DNA from: Pavona decussata
Taxonomy: Eukaryota
Assembly (NCBI GenBank): GCA_977016875.1
Contig: CDRNST010000123.1
Location: 806,001-870,000 of the forward strand
Direction of reading: 5' to 3'
DNA: 64,000 nt
The notes beneath the pieces are model-generated. The model was not told the DNA's origin, did not search any database, and saw nothing but the letters and a program-made list of their open reading frames with translations. Shown here in pieces: positions 60,237 through 64,000 of this stretch (position 1 is the first letter of the stretch; each line of letters begins with the position of its first letter). The translations under genes were made by a program, and so were the position numbers.

Positions 60237-62580
60237 ATGTCTTTTAAGTTGATTTCGCTTAATGTGAAGGGCATAAGCAACTTTAAAAAAAGAAGAACTA
60301 TTTTTACTTGGTCCCGAAAGCGCAATGCAGACATAACCTTTCTACAAGAAACTCATTCCACTGCTGAAACAATTGTTCAATGGAAAAATGAATGGGGCGG
60401 AGAGCTTATTGCCTGTCACGGTAGCTCCAATTCACGTGGAGTGGCAATTTTGATAAAAAACGGTTTTGATTGCAAAATACAGCATACAATCGTGGACCCC
60501 ATGGGACGATATATAATTTTAAAAGCCGATATAAAAGATTCAAGGTATGTTTTAATAAATATTTATGCTCCAAACAAAGACAAAGATCAAATAGAATTCG
60601 TAAACAATCTACTTGATATATTGAGAAAGGAAAATCTCGACACCGAGGAAAAGATAATTATGGGAGGCGATTTTAACTGCCCCCTCAATCCAGCTTGTGA
60701 TAAAAAAGGAGGAAATCTAAATCAACGAAAATTAGTTGTGGAACGTATTGACTGTTTACAAAACGAGCTTGATTTAGTAGACATATGGAGAATTAAGAAC
60801 CCAAACACAAGAAGTTATACGTGGAGCCAAAAATCTCCCAAAATCTTTTGCCGCTTAGACTATTGGTTAATCTCAAACAATTTAAATGACCTTGTAAAAT
60901 CAACTGATATTATTCCCGCAATTAGAACAGATCACGATGCAATTACTTTAGATATAGAAGAATTGGCAACCGAACTAAGAGGTTCGGGATATTGGAAAAT
61001 GAACTGCTCTCTGTTAGTTGATGAAGAGTATGTAAAGAGTGTCACAGAAATGATCCCAATTTGGACTGCAGAAGGGCAAAAGGAATTGTCAGACGACCGC
61101 TCAACCTGGGATTGGATTAAATATAACATTAAACGTCACGCTATTTCACACTCAAAAAAGAAAGCGAAAGAAAGCTAAGAGATGTTGAGGAAAAAACTCT
61201 TCAAAAGGAACTAAACAAAGCAAAGGAAGCATTAGAAAAAAACACAAGTGATTCTAACATTACTCACTATCACACAATCCGAGAAAAATTAGAGGCGCTC
61301 TACGAAGAGAAAACAGAAGGAATAATAATACGTACACGTGCTCGATGGCATGAACACGGAGAAAAAAGTACTAAATATTTCTTGAATCTGGAAAAAAGGA
61401 ATCACGTAAAGAAACACATACGAAAACTTTACATAAAAGGTGCTATTAATACGGATCCAATTAGCATTCTGAAGGAACAAGAGCGTTTCTATCATAATTT
61501 GTATAAAACTGGTAACAATGATCCGAATATTGCGTTAAAAAGACTCGCTTTTTTGAGTGAATTAAATATTCCAAAACTTTCTGAGGAACAGAAAATCACA
61601 TGCGAGGGTAAAATTACATCCGAGGAATGTTTTCGCCTTCTAGATTCTTTTAACAACAACAAAACACCAGGGAATGATGGCATCCCTATTGAATTCTATA
61701 GAAAGTTCTGGCCTCTAATTGGTGATAGTTTTATAAGATGTGTAAATGAGTGCTTTGATAAAGGTGAGATGTCCTCATCCCAAAAACAAGCAGTTATTAC
61801 TCTAATTGAGAAGAAAGGAAAAGACCGTGCATTCCTTGAAAACTGGCGTCCAATTTCGCTAGTCAACGTAGATGCAAAAATAATGTCCAAAGTAATCGCT
61901 TCGAGAATTAAAAATGTGTTACCAGAGATTATTCATCACAATCAAACAGGATTCGTTAAAGATCGTTATATAGGCGAAACAATTCGATCTATCTATGATA
62001 TAATGGATTATACTGTTGAAGAGAATATTCCAGGACTAATGATTTTTATTGATTTTGAAAAAGCTTTTGATAGCGTGGAATGGGACTTTCTTTTCGAATG
62101 TCTTGAATCCTTTAATTTCGGACCTAACTTTCTTAACTGGGTTAAAACGTTTTATAAAAACATACAGAGCTGTACTATAAATAATGGAACTGCTTCAAAT
62201 TATTTTGTGCTTGAACGCGGAGTCCGGCAAGGTGATCCACTCTCGCCGTATCTTTTTATAGTAGTTGTGGAAACTCTTGCAATTGCCATTCGTCAAAATA
62301 AGGAGATAAAAGGAATCTCTATCGAGAATGAGGAAACAAAGCTATTGCAATACGCGGATGACACTACTGCAGTGCTCTCGGATATGAACTCGGCCAAAAG
62401 TTTATTTGAATTGTTGGACATTTTCAAGGACATTTCGGGCCTTAAGATTAATTGCACAAAAACTGAGGGTATGTGGATCGGAGCATCCAAAGAAAATAAA
62501 ACAGAACCTTTTGGAATTAGATGGCCTATGGAACCAATAAAAGCTCTCGGAGTATACTTCACTTATGACCTAAAACTGCT
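60237..62580 (+). pseudogene. L1/Tx1-like ORF2 (APE endonuclease + RT); one frameshift near 61175, cut by an LTR at 62581
   Basis: SLNVKG, FLQETH, NIYAPN, GGDFN, RLDY, TDH; KTPGNDG, NWRPISL, DFEKAFD, GVRQGDPLSP, QYADD. Confidence 0.92.
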
Positions 62581-64000
62581 TGTTAGCGCAGTTCCGTCGC
62601 GCGAGTAGCGCGCGCGTTCCTTTTTTCCCATAAGGCCTTACGGCCAGGTGCAGTGAGCATGTGCTCAAAGATCAAAACGAAAGCGTGTGTGTTCATGAGC
62701 TAGGTTTGTTCTTATGGCGTATCTACCGTTTTGACGTTTCTTATCACCGGATAAACACAATTTTTGAAACCGTATTTACCGTATACCGTATACCGTCCAT
62801 TCAACGCAACGAAAGTTTGTACGCGTTTCTTATCTGTGTATTAAACATCGCAAAATTCTTCTGTGCACCTACATTCGTTTCAAAAATTCTACGTTTCACC
62901 GTACTATGGATTTATCTGGCTGATATTGGAGGAACAGACCGTGAATGTACGCGAATTTGTGGCTGTACATCTTGCTTTGTGGATTCGTAAACAAATCGAG
63001 TATGGCCGATGGGTTGAGTCGGGCCCAGTCCACCGCGAACGTAGGCTCTGCGGAAAATTCGGATGAACTTCCGGACAAGCGAGAACGAAAGCGAACCAAA
63101 AAGGGACAGGAAGAGTATCTCAGGCTTCTCAAGAAGAATCAAACATCTGCAATTTCAGCTGTTTCCAAGAAAAGGAGCATATTAACAGATCTAATGGGAG
63201 ATGAGAATAATTTGCATCTTGTGAAATCTGAACTCATCCTACTTAACACGTTGTTTAATCAATACCAAGAGGCATACGAGCGCCATTATCAAGAGTTAAG
63301 TTCAGAAGATGAACAGTTTACCGAAAGCTCTCGGCATGAAGCTAAGGAGAATTCTGTCTTGGAATTCAGGAGACAAGTCATTGATTGGATTAGCCTTGTT
63401 GAACAACGCTTGACAGATCAGCTTGACCATCTTTCAGACAAGGGATCTGTATCATCCAAATCATCGAAGGGCACTAGTCAATCAAAGTCATCGAGAACAT
63501 CTGCACGAGAAAAAGAGAAAGTAAGAGTAGCTGAACTGCTGGCTGAGAAAACAATGTTAGAAAGGAAACAAGCCCTCCGTGCAGCGGATGAAGCACTAAG
63601 GCTCGAAACTGAAATAGTTAAGGCAAAAGCAAGAGAAAGGGTGTATGCTGATTTAGAACTAGAAGAGAACCCAGACAATGTAGAAAGTAAAGAAGCAACG
63701 AACACATTGTCTGAACGAATTCAGCCTAAAACTAGCACACCGAATGCACCTGTTTCTAAACTGGATCCAATCACACCAAAAGCAGCTGTACCCAAACCGG
63801 ATTCAATCACACCGAAGGCAGTTGTACCCAAACCGGATCCAATCACACCGAAAGCAGTTGTACCCAAACCAGATCCGATCACACTGAAAGCAGTTGTACC
63901 TAAACTGGATCCGCTCACTCCTGAGTTTCACCCAAGTGGCTCAATTGCGAAGTACCGGCCTCCAGATAACAGTACCACCTCAGATCTCAATGCACCTTCT
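62581..64000 (+). mobile_element. BEL/Pao-like LTR retrotransposon 5' end (LTR ~62581-62873, gag from ~63002) inserted in LINE ORF2; runs off the window
   Basis: LINE homology stops at YDLKLL; TGTTAGCGCA...TGCACCTACA with ATTAAA; then gag-like Ser-rich and coiled-coil frame (SKSSRTSAREKEKVRVAELLAEK...LRLETEIVKAKARE) with a probable frameshift near 63100. Confidence 0.75.
63737..63919 (+). repeat. 36-bp coding minisatellite, 5 copies (TPKAVVPKPDPI)
   Basis: CACACCGAAAGCAGTTGTACCCAAACCGGATCCAAT-like units. Confidence 0.9.

Larger units (their letters stand above)
58690..62580 (+). mobile_element. Near full-length non-LTR retrotransposon (ORF1 + ORF2); 5' limit approximate
   Basis: Colinear ORF1 and APE-RT ORF2. 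Confidence 0.8.

Noticed and set aside
1-64000. Most 60-110 aa ORFs in the track
   Set aside because: Non-ATG starts, low complexity, antisense or alternative frames of real exons and transposon ORFs; this is spliced eukaryotic DNA.

Overview
Eukaryotic, AT-rich, intron-containing DNA. Its repeat families and protein domains suggest a cnidarian, probably a stony coral (inference). The window is dominated by two tandem + strand paralogs of a secreted mosaic lectin-like gene. Copy A is complete: 18 exons, 5154-23804, 3438 nt, 1145 aa plus stop. Copy B has 17 intact exons at 31650-53521, and its last exon is not in the window. Reconstructed architecture: signal peptide - 3x H-type-lectin-like modules - follistatin/Kazal - 3x H-type-lectin-like modules - C-type lectin (QPN/WND) - 3x Ca-binding EGF - fibrinogen/intelectin-like C-terminal domain. 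The short ORFs in the track are mostly exon fragments or noise. Introns and spacer carry many transposons: MITEs, Penelope-like fragments, L1/Tx1-like LINEs, two BEL/Pao LTR elements and tRNA-derived repeats. The oddest is an IS3EU-like DNA transposon (54507-57574, 6-bp TSD CTACCA). Its ~640-bp inverted arms both contain the 5' end of the transposase gene, and it sits in the D-loop/A-box of a tRNA-derived repeat. All coordinates and family assignments were made by eye; no searches were run.
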